Source: a virus. Taken from it: 64,000 nucleotides of DNA. Numbering within the stretch: position 1 is the stretch's first letter; every line of letters begins with the position of its first letter. The DNA lies in the IMG/VR virus record IMGVR_UViG_3300046675_000234, positions 17,692-81,691 of that record, one strand, 5' to 3'. The translations under genes were made by a program, and so were the position numbers. The notes below the pieces were generated by a model. That model was not told where the DNA came from, ran no database searches, and saw only the letters and a program-made list of their open reading frames with translations. This document shows positions 37,596 to 46,861 of the stretch, piece after piece.

Positions 37596-39353
37596 GTGTC
37601 CGGCGCTCTGGATGACGTCACGCTGCACCTCGTCAGCAACCTGGACGAGCTGTGGGCCTGCGCCCGGTGGGCGGGCGAGCGCCGCGACGGGCCGCTGTTC
37701 GCGGACACTGAGTCGGCTGGGCTCAACCCTCACCATGACCGGATGCGGATGGTGCAGCTCGGGGACACCCGGCACGGCTGGGCCTTCCCGAAGGGCTGGT
37801 GGGGCGCGGCCATCGAGCTGCTCACCCGGTACGCCGGGGCGATCGGCTTCCACAACAGCCCGTACGACTGGCGGGTGCTGAAGATCCACGAGAACGTCAC
37901 CCCGCTGTGGCACAAGACCGAGGACACGCTGCTGCTCGGGCACATCGCGGACTCACTGCGGCTGGCGGGCCTCAAGCCCAGGGCCACCCAGGAAGTGGAC
38001 CCGCGCGCACTGCGCGGTGAGCAGGTGCTGAGCGAGGGCATGAAGGCCCGGCACTGGACCTTTGATGACGTGCCGGATACCTGGGGGCCGTACTGGATGT
38101 ACGCCGCCCTGGACCCGGTACTGGCCGCGCACCTGTGGGCCGCGCCGAGCTTCACCCGCGCCCGGACCACCTACCGCGAGGCGTACGACCTGGAGCGGGC
38201 CACCGCCCGGATCTGCGCCGGGATGATGCTGACCGGGATGCGGCTGGACCTGCCGTTCATCCATGACCGGATCGCTGAGATCGAAGACTACACCGGGCGG
38301 GCCTCCAACTGGCTGCGGGCCGAGTTCGATATCCGCAACCCCGGCTCGACGCAGCAGGTGGTGGCGTCCATGGAGGCGGCCGGAATCCCGGTGGAGGTGT
38401 TCACCGAGAAGGGCAACCCGTCCCTGAACAAGGAGGCGCTGGGCTATTACGGGCTGGCGTACCCGCAGCACAAGGCGCTATTCGACGCGGTTCGCTGGAC
38501 CCGCAAGGGCAACTCGATGGTGAACAATTACCTGGGCAAGTTCCTGACGCTGGCCAATGATGACATCCTGCATTACAACATCCATTCCTGCCGTGCCCGC
38601 ACCACCCGGATGAGCATCACCGACCCGGCCATGCAGACCTTTGACCGGGACGTTCCCGCGATCCGGGGCAGCTACATACCCCGGCCGGGCCATGCGCTGA
38701 TCACCATTGACGCCGATCAGATCGAGGCACGGCTTACCGCTCATTTCGCCAATGACCCGCGCATGATCGCGGACTTCCGCTACGCCGACGAGAACCACCT
38801 GAAGTTCTTCATCGAGATGGCCAGCCGGATCTACGCCGAGCGGATCACCAAGCGCGACCCCCGGTACACCTGGACCAAGAACGCCACCTACGGCCAGATC
38901 TACGGCGCGGGCCTGGCCAAGGCGGCGGTGACCGCTGGCGTCCCGGTGGAGGTAATGAGGCCCGCCTACGAGGGCCTGTCCCTGATGTACCCGAACGTCG
39001 GCTACTACATGAACCACCTGATCCGCACCGGCAAGGGCCAGCGCCCGAAGGTGCAGACGATCGACGGCCGGTGGCTGTACGTCAACCGGGGGCACGAGTA
39101 CGCCCTGCTCAACACCCAGATCCAGGCCAACGCCGCGATCATCCTCAAACGCGGCATCATCGGCCTGGACGCGGGCGGGCTGGGCGAGTTCCTGCGGCTC
39201 CCGGTGCATGACGAGATCCTGATGGAAGCCCCCGTTGACCTGGCCGCCGAGGTGCTGCGCGAAGCCGAGCGCATCCTGACCGACTACGAGTCATTCAGAG
39301 TTCCCATTACCTGGAGTGGCTCTATCCTCACGGAAAGATGGGTGAAGACCTGA
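37596..39353 (+). CDS. polA: DNA polymerase family A (3'-5' exonuclease + polymerase)
   Basis: DTE, HN..YD, YAALD; DADQIEARL, KNATYGQIYG, VHDEI. Confidence 0.95.
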   Translation: MSGALDDVTLHLVSNLDELWACARWAGERRDGPLFADTESAGLNPHHDRMRMVQLGDTRHGWAFPKGWWGAAIELLTRYAGAIGFHNSPYDWRVLKIHENVTPLWHKTEDTLLLGHIADSLRLAGLKPRATQEVDPRALRGEQVLSEGMKARHWTFDDVPDTWGPYWMYAALDPVLAAHLWAAPSFTRARTTYREAYDLERATARICAGMMLTGMRLDLPFIHDRIAEIEDYTGRASNWLRAEFDIRNPGSTQQVVASMEAAGIPVEVFTEKGNPSLNKEALGYYGLAYPQHKALFDAVRWTRKGNSMVNNYLGKFLTLANDDILHYNIHSCRARTTRMSITDPAMQTFDRDVPAIRGSYIPRPGHALITIDADQIEARLTAHFANDPRMIADFRYADENHLKFFIEMASRIYAERITKRDPRYTWTKNATYGQIYGAGLAKAAVTAGVPVEVMRPAYEGLSLMYPNVGYYMNHLIRTGKGQRPKVQTIDGRWLYVNRGHEYALLNTQIQANAAIILKRGIIGLDAGGLGEFLRLPVHDEILMEAPVDLAAEVLREAERILTDYESFRVPITWSGSILTERWVKT

Positions 39354-39646
39354 TGTACTACACCGACCGGGATGTCAAGGGGTCCGGCACGGGCGGGCAG
39401 TTCAACCCGCAGTCGCCTAAAGCCCGCGAGGTTCTCGACTGGATCTACACACAGAAGCCAGGCAAGAGAATCCTGCGAGATGATGCGCCAGCCTGCCACC
39501 AGATATCCGATGGGGAGATCAAGGAGGCGATAAAGATGAACCTGATTGACGATCAGGGCGTCCGCACGGAAATAGGCCACCACCCCAGTCTCATCCGCAG
39601 TCAGCCAATTGACTGGCAGGCACTGTGGGAGATGGCGGATAAATGA
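39353..39646 (+). CDS. hypothetical protein
   Basis: TGATG coupling to polA. Confidence 0.6.
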   Translation: MYYTDRDVKGSGTGGQFNPQSPKAREVLDWIYTQKPGKRILRDDAPACHQISDGEIKEAIKMNLIDDQGVRTEIGHHPSLIRSQPIDWQALWEMADK

Positions 39647-39951
39647 TCGGTTACCTGCACATCGGTGAGACCCGCGCCGAGATCGACACCATCGAGTTCG
39701 GCAATGACTGCATGGTGATCAGGGCCACCCTCGGGGGAAACGTCGCGGCCACGCTGCGCGGGCACGTCAAGATCACCGGGTCAGACGGCACGGTCTGCTG
39801 GCGCGGCACTAAGTGGCACGACTACGGTGTCAAGACCGTGGGCGGTCCCCTCGGGCCGAGCACCTGGTTCATCACGCTGAACGCCGACCTGTTCGACCGG
39901 ACCAACGTCGAGATCACGGCCAGGTATGACCCGCCCGTGGACCCGCCATGA
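39643..39951 (+). CDS. hypothetical protein
   Basis: ATGA coupling. Confidence 0.65.
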   Translation: MIGYLHIGETRAEIDTIEFGNDCMVIRATLGGNVAATLRGHVKITGSDGTVCWRGTKWHDYGVKTVGGPLGPSTWFITLNADLFDRTNVEITARYDPPVDPP

Positions 39952-39953
39952 TG

Positions 39954-40385
39954 CTAGGCGGGCGGCGCGTTCGGGTCTACCGGCACGTTCGGATCGACCG
40001 GGGCGTTCGGGTCTACCGGTGCGGCGGGCTGCACCAGGGCACTGACGCTGCCAGCCGCCGAGTCGAGCGCGGCCTGGACCTGGCTGGCCCGCTGCGCGAG
40101 CGCGTCGAGCTGGGTGGTGTCCACCGGGGTGCCAGCCGCAGCCTGCGCGGCGATGGACTGGGCGGCGGCGGTGAGGTCGGCTGCCTTGGCCGATACGTCA
40201 TCCATCATCGTGCTGATGGCGGCGACGTCGGCGGCGATCTGCTGCTCTGTCATGAGGATCTGGTTTACCTTCCCGTGCATACGGTCAACGGAAGACTGGA
40301 GATTGGACAGCGCCGTGGTCACCTGCACGTACCAGGAGTTCGACGGCGCGCGGGGGGACCACACGGCTCTGAACCAGCCGGTCAC
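39954..40385 (-). CDS. coiled-coil protein with PVDPN repeats
   Basis: Ala-rich heptads; PVDPNA/V x3. Confidence 0.6.
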   Translation of the reverse strand: MTGWFRAVWSPRAPSNSWYVQVTTALSNLQSSVDRMHGKVNQILMTEQQIAADVAAISTMMDDVSAKAADLTAAAQSIAAQAAAGTPVDTTQLDALAQRASQVQAALDSAAGSVSALVQPAAPVDPNAPVDPNVPVDPNAPPA

Positions 40386-40582
40386 CCGGCGTCAGGCGGC
40401 GGCGGCTGTACGGGACTGGCCTCGGCAGCCTGGGGCTCTGGCACCTCGGCGGCGGCAGCGGCTTCCTCATCGAGCTTGCGCTGCTCGGCTACCTCGGCAG
40501 CGACGGCCTCGCGGTCCTGTGGCATGGTCATGATGGCCTCCCTTCGCACTGAGCCTCGCACTTACCCGCCAAGGAGGCAACT

Positions 40583-41032
40583 ATGCCAGCCCCGCCACCC
40601 GTGACGCTGTGGCTCGATCCGGGCGGAATGACCGGTTTTGCCTGCTGGGAGTCCGGCACCGACCACTTCTGGGCCGACGAGTTCGCCTGGGACGATGCGT
40701 GCGACAAGCTGGCCACCCTGGCTAGCTACTACCGCTCGCTGCTGTACATCGGCTGGGAGAAGTTCACCATCCTGCCGGACACGCACAAGAAGACCCCGCA
40801 GCCCGAGGCGTACGAGTTCCCCGGCGTGGTCAAGTACCTGGCCCGGACGTGGGCCTGCCGCCTGCTGCCGCCAGCCCGGCCTGCCGAGCGCAACGTGGCC
40901 ACTCCCGCGATACTGCGCAGGGCTGGCTGGTGGTCACCCGGCAAGAACGACGCTCAGTCGGCTGCCCAGCACCTGTACGCCTGGATGCTGCGCGAGAATT
41001 GCGTGCCGCATCGCATTGCCGCGATGAGGTAG
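40583..41032 (+). CDS. RuvC-like resolvase
   Basis: LWLDPGGMTGFA..IGWEKF..DAQSAAQH. Confidence 0.8.
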   Translation: MPAPPPVTLWLDPGGMTGFACWESGTDHFWADEFAWDDACDKLATLASYYRSLLYIGWEKFTILPDTHKKTPQPEAYEFPGVVKYLARTWACRLLPPARPAERNVATPAILRRAGWWSPGKNDAQSAAQHLYAWMLRENCVPHRIAAMR

Positions 41033-41056
41033 CCTGTTTACACCATCAAGGCAACG

Positions 41057-41497
41057 ATGACGATAGGACAACCGATGGCAGATGTAGCACGGCTATCTGA
41101 CCGCCAGGCTCAGCCGTTCACCCCGCCCGAAGAGCGGCGGTACGTTACCAGGCTCAACCAGATCCCGGATGCGCAGCTCGCCTGCCGTATCCACCACAAG
41201 TGGCCATCCGAGGAACTTGAGTACGGCAAGCCGATGCCCGAGGGCCTGACCGCGACCCGTACCGAGAAGCAGGGCGTCTTCCTGATCGAGGACCAGTGCC
41301 CGCGCTGCGGCAAGGTCCGGTGGAAGCTCACCAGGCCGCGCCGTGTCTGGGACACATCCGAGGGCTGGCATTACATCGACCCGAAGAACCTGCCCGGTTT
41401 CGAGGACTGGGTGTCGCTGGATAAGGACATGAAGCGCGGAGCCCGCACGATGATGGGCGAGAACATCCGGCGCAACGCCAAGCAGCTCTTCAAGTAG
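41057..41497 (+). CDS. hypothetical Zn-binding protein
   Basis: LACRIHHKW..CPRCGKVR. Confidence 0.75.
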   Translation: MTIGQPMADVARLSDRQAQPFTPPEERRYVTRLNQIPDAQLACRIHHKWPSEELEYGKPMPEGLTATRTEKQGVFLIEDQCPRCGKVRWKLTRPRRVWDTSEGWHYIDPKNLPGFEDWVSLDKDMKRGARTMMGENIRRNAKQLFK

Positions 41498-41504
41498 GCC
41501 GCTC

Positions 41505-41969
41505 ATGATCATCATGGAGCGGTACGACGATCTGGCCTGGAAACGCAGCGAGGCCAAGATCGTCGCCACGGAGACCGTCCGCTTCACCTACCGGGGCGTC
41601 ACCGTCGAGCTGGACCTGGCCGAGGCAAACTACGCCGACGTCAACAAGTACATGGAAGAGCTGGCTGAGGCTGGCACGATCGTCAAGGGCCGGAAGGGCG
41701 ATATCAAGAGCGGTCCCCGGTCCAGCGGCAACGTCACCCGCACCACGGCCGAGAACAAGAATCTGCGCGAGTGGGTCAGGGCCAACAACATAATGGCCAG
41801 GAAGGGCAAGCCACGGCTGGCCTACCGTACGGAGATAAGCGGGAAGTATTACTACCCGCAGTGGCTCTGGGACCTGTACGACACAGCGACGGAGGAAGCG
41901 GATGGCATGGGCGTCGATCGACCAGACCGGCGAGCGGCCGATGCTGGCAATCGGGGCGGCAAAGGCTGA
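41505..41969 (+). CDS. lsr2: Lsr2-like nucleoid protein
   Basis: DDL..ETVRF..VELDL..N; LREWVRANN. Confidence 0.8.
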   Translation: MIIMERYDDLAWKRSEAKIVATETVRFTYRGVTVELDLAEANYADVNKYMEELAEAGTIVKGRKGDIKSGPRSSGNVTRTTAENKNLREWVRANNIMARKGKPRLAYRTEISGKYYYPQWLWDLYDTATEEADGMGVDRPDRRAADAGNRGGKG

Positions 41970-43746
41970 GCACCACTTGTGCGCTGCCATCCCCGGCTGC
42001 AACTACGACAAGAAGGACGGCATCTGGCGGCTGCCGCTGAGCTGGCCGGGCTATGTCTGCTTCCGCACCGCGTGGGCCTCGATGCCGGTCTACATCTACC
42101 CGCCGCTGCTGGCCTGGGGTGAGTCGGCCTGGACGCAGGTCCAGAAGCGGTTCGCTGACCGGATACGGATCGACTGCACTACCGAGTACGGTGCGATGAT
42201 CCGGGACGCCGAGGCCGACAACTCGATGGAGCTGCGGCCGGACCAGCGCGGCGCGGTGCAGTGGCTGTGCACCTACGGCCGGGTCGGCATCGAGGACCCG
42301 ACCGGCAACGGCAAGACCCCGATCGTGATCCGCGCGCTCCAGGTCCAGCAGCAGGTGACCGGTACTGCCCTGCCAGCCCTGTACATCGCCAACGGCTCGG
42401 CGCTGTTCGGCATCCGTGACAAGTTCGCCGCCTGGGCTCCCGAGCTGCGGGTGGTGGTGGTCACCGGCACGGCGGCGAACCGGGCCAAGGCCCTGGAGCG
42501 CGAGGCCGACGTCTACATCATCGCGTGGGACAACCTGCGGCTGCACACCCGGCTGGCGAAGTACGGCAGCCAGCGGCTGTCCCGCTGCACTGAGTGCGCC
42601 GGGACCGAGACCAAGGTCACGCCGGGCCGCTGCGAGGTGCACGAGAAGGAGCTGAACAAGATCCGGTTCGGCACCGTCATCCCGGACGAGGCGCACAAGA
42701 TGCGCGACCCGACCACCAAGCAGACGCGGGCGGCGTGGTGGCTGATGCACCACGCCGAGTTCGCCTGGCCGATGACCGGCACGCTGGTGGCCGCGACGGT
42801 GGCCGACCCGTGGGGGCCGCAGCACGGACTCGACCCGCGCGCCTTCCCGTCCCGGTCACGCTATATCGACATGTTCGCCCAGAAGGAGTTCGCCTGGAAC
42901 CGGGGCGCGGAGATCCTCGGCTTCCGGCCCGAGCACGAGTACCAGGCACAGACGATCATCCAGCCGTACTGGCGGCGCATCCCGAAGGAGATCGCCCGGC
43001 CCAACCAGCCGCCGCGCGGCGAGCCCGAGTTCCGCTACACCGAGCTGTCGCCAGCCCACCGCAAGGTCTACGACCAGCTCACCAAGGAGGCGCTGGCCGA
43101 CCTGGAGGGCGCGTCGATGGTGACCGGCAACGACCTGGAGAAGTACACCCGGCTGTGCCAGCTCGCCTCTTCCATGGTCGAGCAGTACGACGGCGAGGAC
43201 TCCCAGGGCTTCACCCGGCCGCTGTACCGGCTGGCGCTGCCCTGCCCGAAGGCCGATGACCTGATCGAGTTCCTGTCCGAGACCGATGACCAGGTGGTGG
43301 TCGCGGCCATCTCCACCCAGCTCATCGAGCTGGCCGAGCGCAAGCTGCACGATGCCGGGATCAGCTTCACCCACATCATCGGCGGGATGAGCAGCGAGGC
43401 CCAGTACCAGGCCAACATGACGTTCCTGTCCGGCCAGGTCCGGGTGATCCTGATCAGCGCGGCAGGCGGCGAGTCCATCGACCTCCAGTCCAGCTCCGTG
43501 ATCTACTTCCTGGAGCCGGACACCTCGTTCCTGGCCCGCGAGCAGAAGATCGGCCGCGTGGACCGCTACGGCCAGCGGTACGCGGTGCGCCAGGTCTACG
43601 CGCTGGCCCCCGGCACCGTGGACATGCACCGCTACCAGCTCGGCTCCGACAAGGCCGAGCGGCACGATAGCGTGGCCCGCGACCCTGACCTGCTGCGCTG
43701 GATTCTGACCGGCGAGCAGGTGGACTTCAGCAAAGGACAACGATGA
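41902..43746 (+). CDS. SNF2-family helicase
   Basis: GNGKT, DEAH, MTGT, GESIDL, QKIGRVDRYGQ. Confidence 0.9.
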   Translation: MAWASIDQTGERPMLAIGAAKAEHHLCAAIPGCNYDKKDGIWRLPLSWPGYVCFRTAWASMPVYIYPPLLAWGESAWTQVQKRFADRIRIDCTTEYGAMIRDAEADNSMELRPDQRGAVQWLCTYGRVGIEDPTGNGKTPIVIRALQVQQQVTGTALPALYIANGSALFGIRDKFAAWAPELRVVVVTGTAANRAKALEREADVYIIAWDNLRLHTRLAKYGSQRLSRCTECAGTETKVTPGRCEVHEKELNKIRFGTVIPDEAHKMRDPTTKQTRAAWWLMHHAEFAWPMTGTLVAATVADPWGPQHGLDPRAFPSRSRYIDMFAQKEFAWNRGAEILGFRPEHEYQAQTIIQPYWRRIPKEIARPNQPPRGEPEFRYTELSPAHRKVYDQLTKEALADLEGASMVTGNDLEKYTRLCQLASSMVEQYDGEDSQGFTRPLYRLALPCPKADDLIEFLSETDDQVVVAAISTQLIELAERKLHDAGISFTHIIGGMSSEAQYQANMTFLSGQVRVILISAAGGESIDLQSSSVIYFLEPDTSFLAREQKIGRVDRYGQRYAVRQVYALAPGTVDMHRYQLGSDKAERHDSVARDPDLLRWILTGEQVDFSKGQR

Positions 43747-44729
43747 CGATCACGATGACCAATAGCGAGTTCTTTACCTGGCAGCGCTGCCCGCGCTTCT
43801 GGTTCCTGCGGTACTACCTGGGCTACACGCCCGACGCCGACGAGGTGACCGGCAGCCGCATCCTGGGCATCCGCATCCACGCGGCGCTGGAGGGCATGTA
43901 CGGCTACGGCCTGGACCCGCTGACGGTGCTGCACCTGCTGTACAAGATCGCGCTGGAGCAGTTCCCCGACAATGAGGCCGAGCTGATCAAGGAGCGCGAC
44001 CTGGCCAGCGCCATGGTCGAGGGCTACATAGAGTGGACAGCCGCGACCGGCGCGGACGCGGGCCTGGCCGTGATCGCCACCGAGGCGGCGGTGACCGTGC
44101 CGCTGCCCGGCGTTCCGGGCGTGGACCTGCGCGCCAAGCTGGACCGGGTGGTGCTCGATGAGGCCACCGGGCTACTGAGCTTCGTGGACGACAAGACCGC
44201 CGCGAGCTTTGACCGGCACGAGATCCTGGCGCTCAACCCGCAGTTCCGGTTCTACTCGCTGATCCAGAAGATAGCCAGCGCCAATCCGGGCGGGCCGCGC
44301 GTGCTCGGCGGCGTGGTCAACACGCTGCGCCGGGTCAAGCGCACCGACCGGTCCAAGCCGCCCTACTACCAGCGTGACCCGTTCCGGTACACCGAGGTCA
44401 ACATCGGGTCCACGCTGCTGAAGGTGACCGGGCTGGCCCAGCAGATCATGGAGACCCGGCGGCACCTGGACTGGATCTACGCCGAGAACGGCGGCAAGGC
44501 CGACCTGACGCTGCTCAACCACTACCAGCTCCTGCACCTGGCCCCGACGCCGATCGAGACGGACTGTAGCTGGCGGTGCCCGTTCGTGCAGCTCTGCCCG
44601 CTGATGGATGACGGGTCCGACTGGGTGGGATCATTGGTACGTTCCGGTCATTTCCGGCAGGAAGACCCCTACAGCTACTACGAGCGTGACCCGCTGGCGG
44701 AAGTCCGGCAGATGCTCGCCAAGCAGTAA
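43743..44729 (+). CDS. PD-(D/E)XK (Cas4/RecB-like) exonuclease
   Basis: CPR..G..IH..E..KLD..DDKT..CSWRCPF..LC. Confidence 0.88.
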   Translation: MTITMTNSEFFTWQRCPRFWFLRYYLGYTPDADEVTGSRILGIRIHAALEGMYGYGLDPLTVLHLLYKIALEQFPDNEAELIKERDLASAMVEGYIEWTAATGADAGLAVIATEAAVTVPLPGVPGVDLRAKLDRVVLDEATGLLSFVDDKTAASFDRHEILALNPQFRFYSLIQKIASANPGGPRVLGGVVNTLRRVKRTDRSKPPYYQRDPFRYTEVNIGSTLLKVTGLAQQIMETRRHLDWIYAENGGKADLTLLNHYQLLHLAPTPIETDCSWRCPFVQLCPLMDDGSDWVGSLVRSGHFRQEDPYSYYERDPLAEVRQMLAKQ

Positions 44730-44777
44730 TGTCAGACCCCTGTGCTCTGATAGGGTGAGGACACCGGAAAGGTAACG

Positions 44778-45587
44778 ATGACGATTCAGCCTTATGCGCA
44801 GCAACCCGTGCGCCCTGATCTCCGGGTTGCCGCGCCGCAGCAGTATCCCGAGCTTCGCCAGCCGCAGCGCCGCGTCCAGGGCATCTCCGCGCTGGTCTAC
44901 GGCTTCGCCAAGGCGGGCAAGTCATCGCTGGCCGACAGCGGGCCGGTGCCGCGCCTGATCCTGGACATCGAGGGCACCAGCTTCTGGACACCCTCTCGCA
45001 AGGTCTACTGGAATCCGATGACCGAGCCGATCCCCCGGCCAGACGGCACCTGGGACACCTGCGTGGTGCTGACCAGGGACATCTCCACGATCGACCTGAC
45101 GTACCGCATCCTGGCCAGCGGCCAGCACCCGTTCAACTCGGTCAGCGTGGATAGCGTCACCGAGATGCAGCAGCGGATCATTGACGAGCGGGTCGGCTGG
45201 AAGAAGATCGAGCGCGATGACTGGGGCGTGCTGCTGCGCCGGGTGTCCTGGGTGACCCGGCAGTGGCGTGACCTGGTGACCCATCCGGTGCACCCGATCT
45301 GGACGCTGACCTTCGTAGCCGGGGTGCACATGGACGGGCGCACCGGCCGGTGGCGTCCGCTGGTCCAGGGCCAGGTGGGCGACTTCCTGCCCTACTACGT
45401 TGACGTGCTCGGCTACCTCGGCGCGATGCCCGATCAGAGCAGGCAGCTCCTGATCGGCCCGCACCCTCAGTACGAGACCGGCGAGCGGATCGGCGGCAGG
45501 CTACCGTACTCGCTCCCGATCGCCTATCCAGGCCGCGATGGCTACACGATGGAATCCATGCTGAGTCAAGTCTTGGCAGGAAGGTAG
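44778..45587 (+). CDS. AAA_24/Sak4-like ATPase
   Basis: YGFAKAGKS, LDIEG, VDSVTE. Confidence 0.85.
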   Translation: MTIQPYAQQPVRPDLRVAAPQQYPELRQPQRRVQGISALVYGFAKAGKSSLADSGPVPRLILDIEGTSFWTPSRKVYWNPMTEPIPRPDGTWDTCVVLTRDISTIDLTYRILASGQHPFNSVSVDSVTEMQQRIIDERVGWKKIERDDWGVLLRRVSWVTRQWRDLVTHPVHPIWTLTFVAGVHMDGRTGRWRPLVQGQVGDFLPYYVDVLGYLGAMPDQSRQLLIGPHPQYETGERIGGRLPYSLPIAYPGRDGYTMESMLSQVLAGR

Positions 45588-45593
45588 AGAACG

Positions 45594-46820
45594 ATGGGAT
45601 ATCCGCAAGGACCGCCTCAGCAAGGACCGCCGCCGGGACAGGGCGGATGGCAGCAGGGCCAGGGCGGCTGGCAGCAGCCACCCCAGGGCGACCCGTACGC
45701 CCAGCAGCAGGGCGGCTTCACGCCGTTCCAGGGCGGCCAGCCGATGGGCGGCAGCGCGGGCGGCTACGACTGGAACACGCTGTACGGCCAGGCCGACCAC
45801 ACCGTTGGCCAGCTCGTTGACGCCGGTCTGTACACCGCGATCGTCAAGGCATCGGACTGGGACCGGACCAAGGACGGCAGCAAGGGGGCCTGGACCATCA
45901 CGTTCATCCTGACCAGCGGTCCCCGGCCTGGCATGAAGCAGGTCATGACCATGGCGGTCAGCCCGAAGACCAACAAGGGCGAGGACAACCCCGAGGGCAT
46001 GGGCCGGATGTTCCGGCAGCTCGCGGCGATGGGCATCCCGGTGCCGCCGCCGTACGGCCAGCAGGGCTGGTGGCAGCTCGGCTGGAACGAGCAGCAGGTG
46101 GGCCAGGCCATGGTCGGCCACCCGGTCCTGCTCCAGCTCATCCACGACGAGTACGAGGGCGTCACCCGGAACAAGGTGCGCGACATCCAGCCGCCGCCGC
46201 CCGGAGCCCCGACCCAGATGCCGCAGATCGCCCAGCAGCAGCAGCAGCAGGGCTTCGCCCCGCCGCAGGGCCAGCAGTGGCAGGCCCCGCCGCAGCAGGC
46301 CCCGCAGCCCGGCGGTGCCCCGGCACCGTGGCAGCCGCCGCAGCAGCAGCCGCAGCAGCAGCCGCAGTTCGAGGGCCAGGGCTACGGCCAGGGCTTCGGG
46401 CAGCAGCAAGGCCCGCCGCCCGGCTACCAGGGCCAGCCCCAGCAGGGTCCGCCGCCCGGCTACGGCCAGCAGCAGCAGCAGCAGCAGGGACCGCCTGCTG
46501 GCTACCAGCAGCCGCCGCAGGGCTATGACCCGAACGTCCCGCCGTACGCCCAGCAACCGAACCCCGGCGCACCGGGTGCGCAGCAGTTCACCGGCCAGGG
46601 CCAGGCGTGGCAGTCGTCCGTCAACCCCGCCCAGGAGCAGCAGGCCGCGCAGCAGATGGGCCAGCAGCAGCCACCGCAGCAGCAGCCGTGGGCAAACCCG
46701 AACGGTATGCCCGGCCAGCAGCAGCAGGGCTACGCTCCGCAAGGCCAGCAGCCGCAGCAGGGCGGCGAGCAGGGTCCGCCGCAGGCTCCGGGCTGGGCAG
46801 GCGGCCAGCCGCAGCAGTAA
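45594..46820 (+). CDS. DUF669-like SSB with long Gln/Pro/Gly-rich tails
   Basis: DAGLYTAIV..YEGVTRNKVRDI core; exo-Sak4-SSB synteny. Confidence 0.8.
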   Translation: MGYPQGPPQQGPPPGQGGWQQGQGGWQQPPQGDPYAQQQGGFTPFQGGQPMGGSAGGYDWNTLYGQADHTVGQLVDAGLYTAIVKASDWDRTKDGSKGAWTITFILTSGPRPGMKQVMTMAVSPKTNKGEDNPEGMGRMFRQLAAMGIPVPPPYGQQGWWQLGWNEQQVGQAMVGHPVLLQLIHDEYEGVTRNKVRDIQPPPPGAPTQMPQIAQQQQQQGFAPPQGQQWQAPPQQAPQPGGAPAPWQPPQQQPQQQPQFEGQGYGQGFGQQQGPPPGYQGQPQQGPPPGYGQQQQQQQGPPAGYQQPPQGYDPNVPPYAQQPNPGAPGAQQFTGQGQAWQSSVNPAQEQQAAQQMGQQQPPQQQPWANPNGMPGQQQQGYAPQGQQPQQGGEQGPPQAPGWAGGQPQQ

Positions 46821-46861
46821 GACCAACTGACAGCCATCCCAACACAACAGAAGGAAGAACG

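Noticed and set aside
43743-44729. Cas4-like gene as a CRISPR component
   Set aside because: No array or other cas genes; standard phage exonuclease-Sak4-SSB module.
46200-46820. CAG-rich repeats as a CRISPR or DNA repeat element
   Set aside because: They are poly-Gln codons of the SSB tail, with no repeat-spacer structure.
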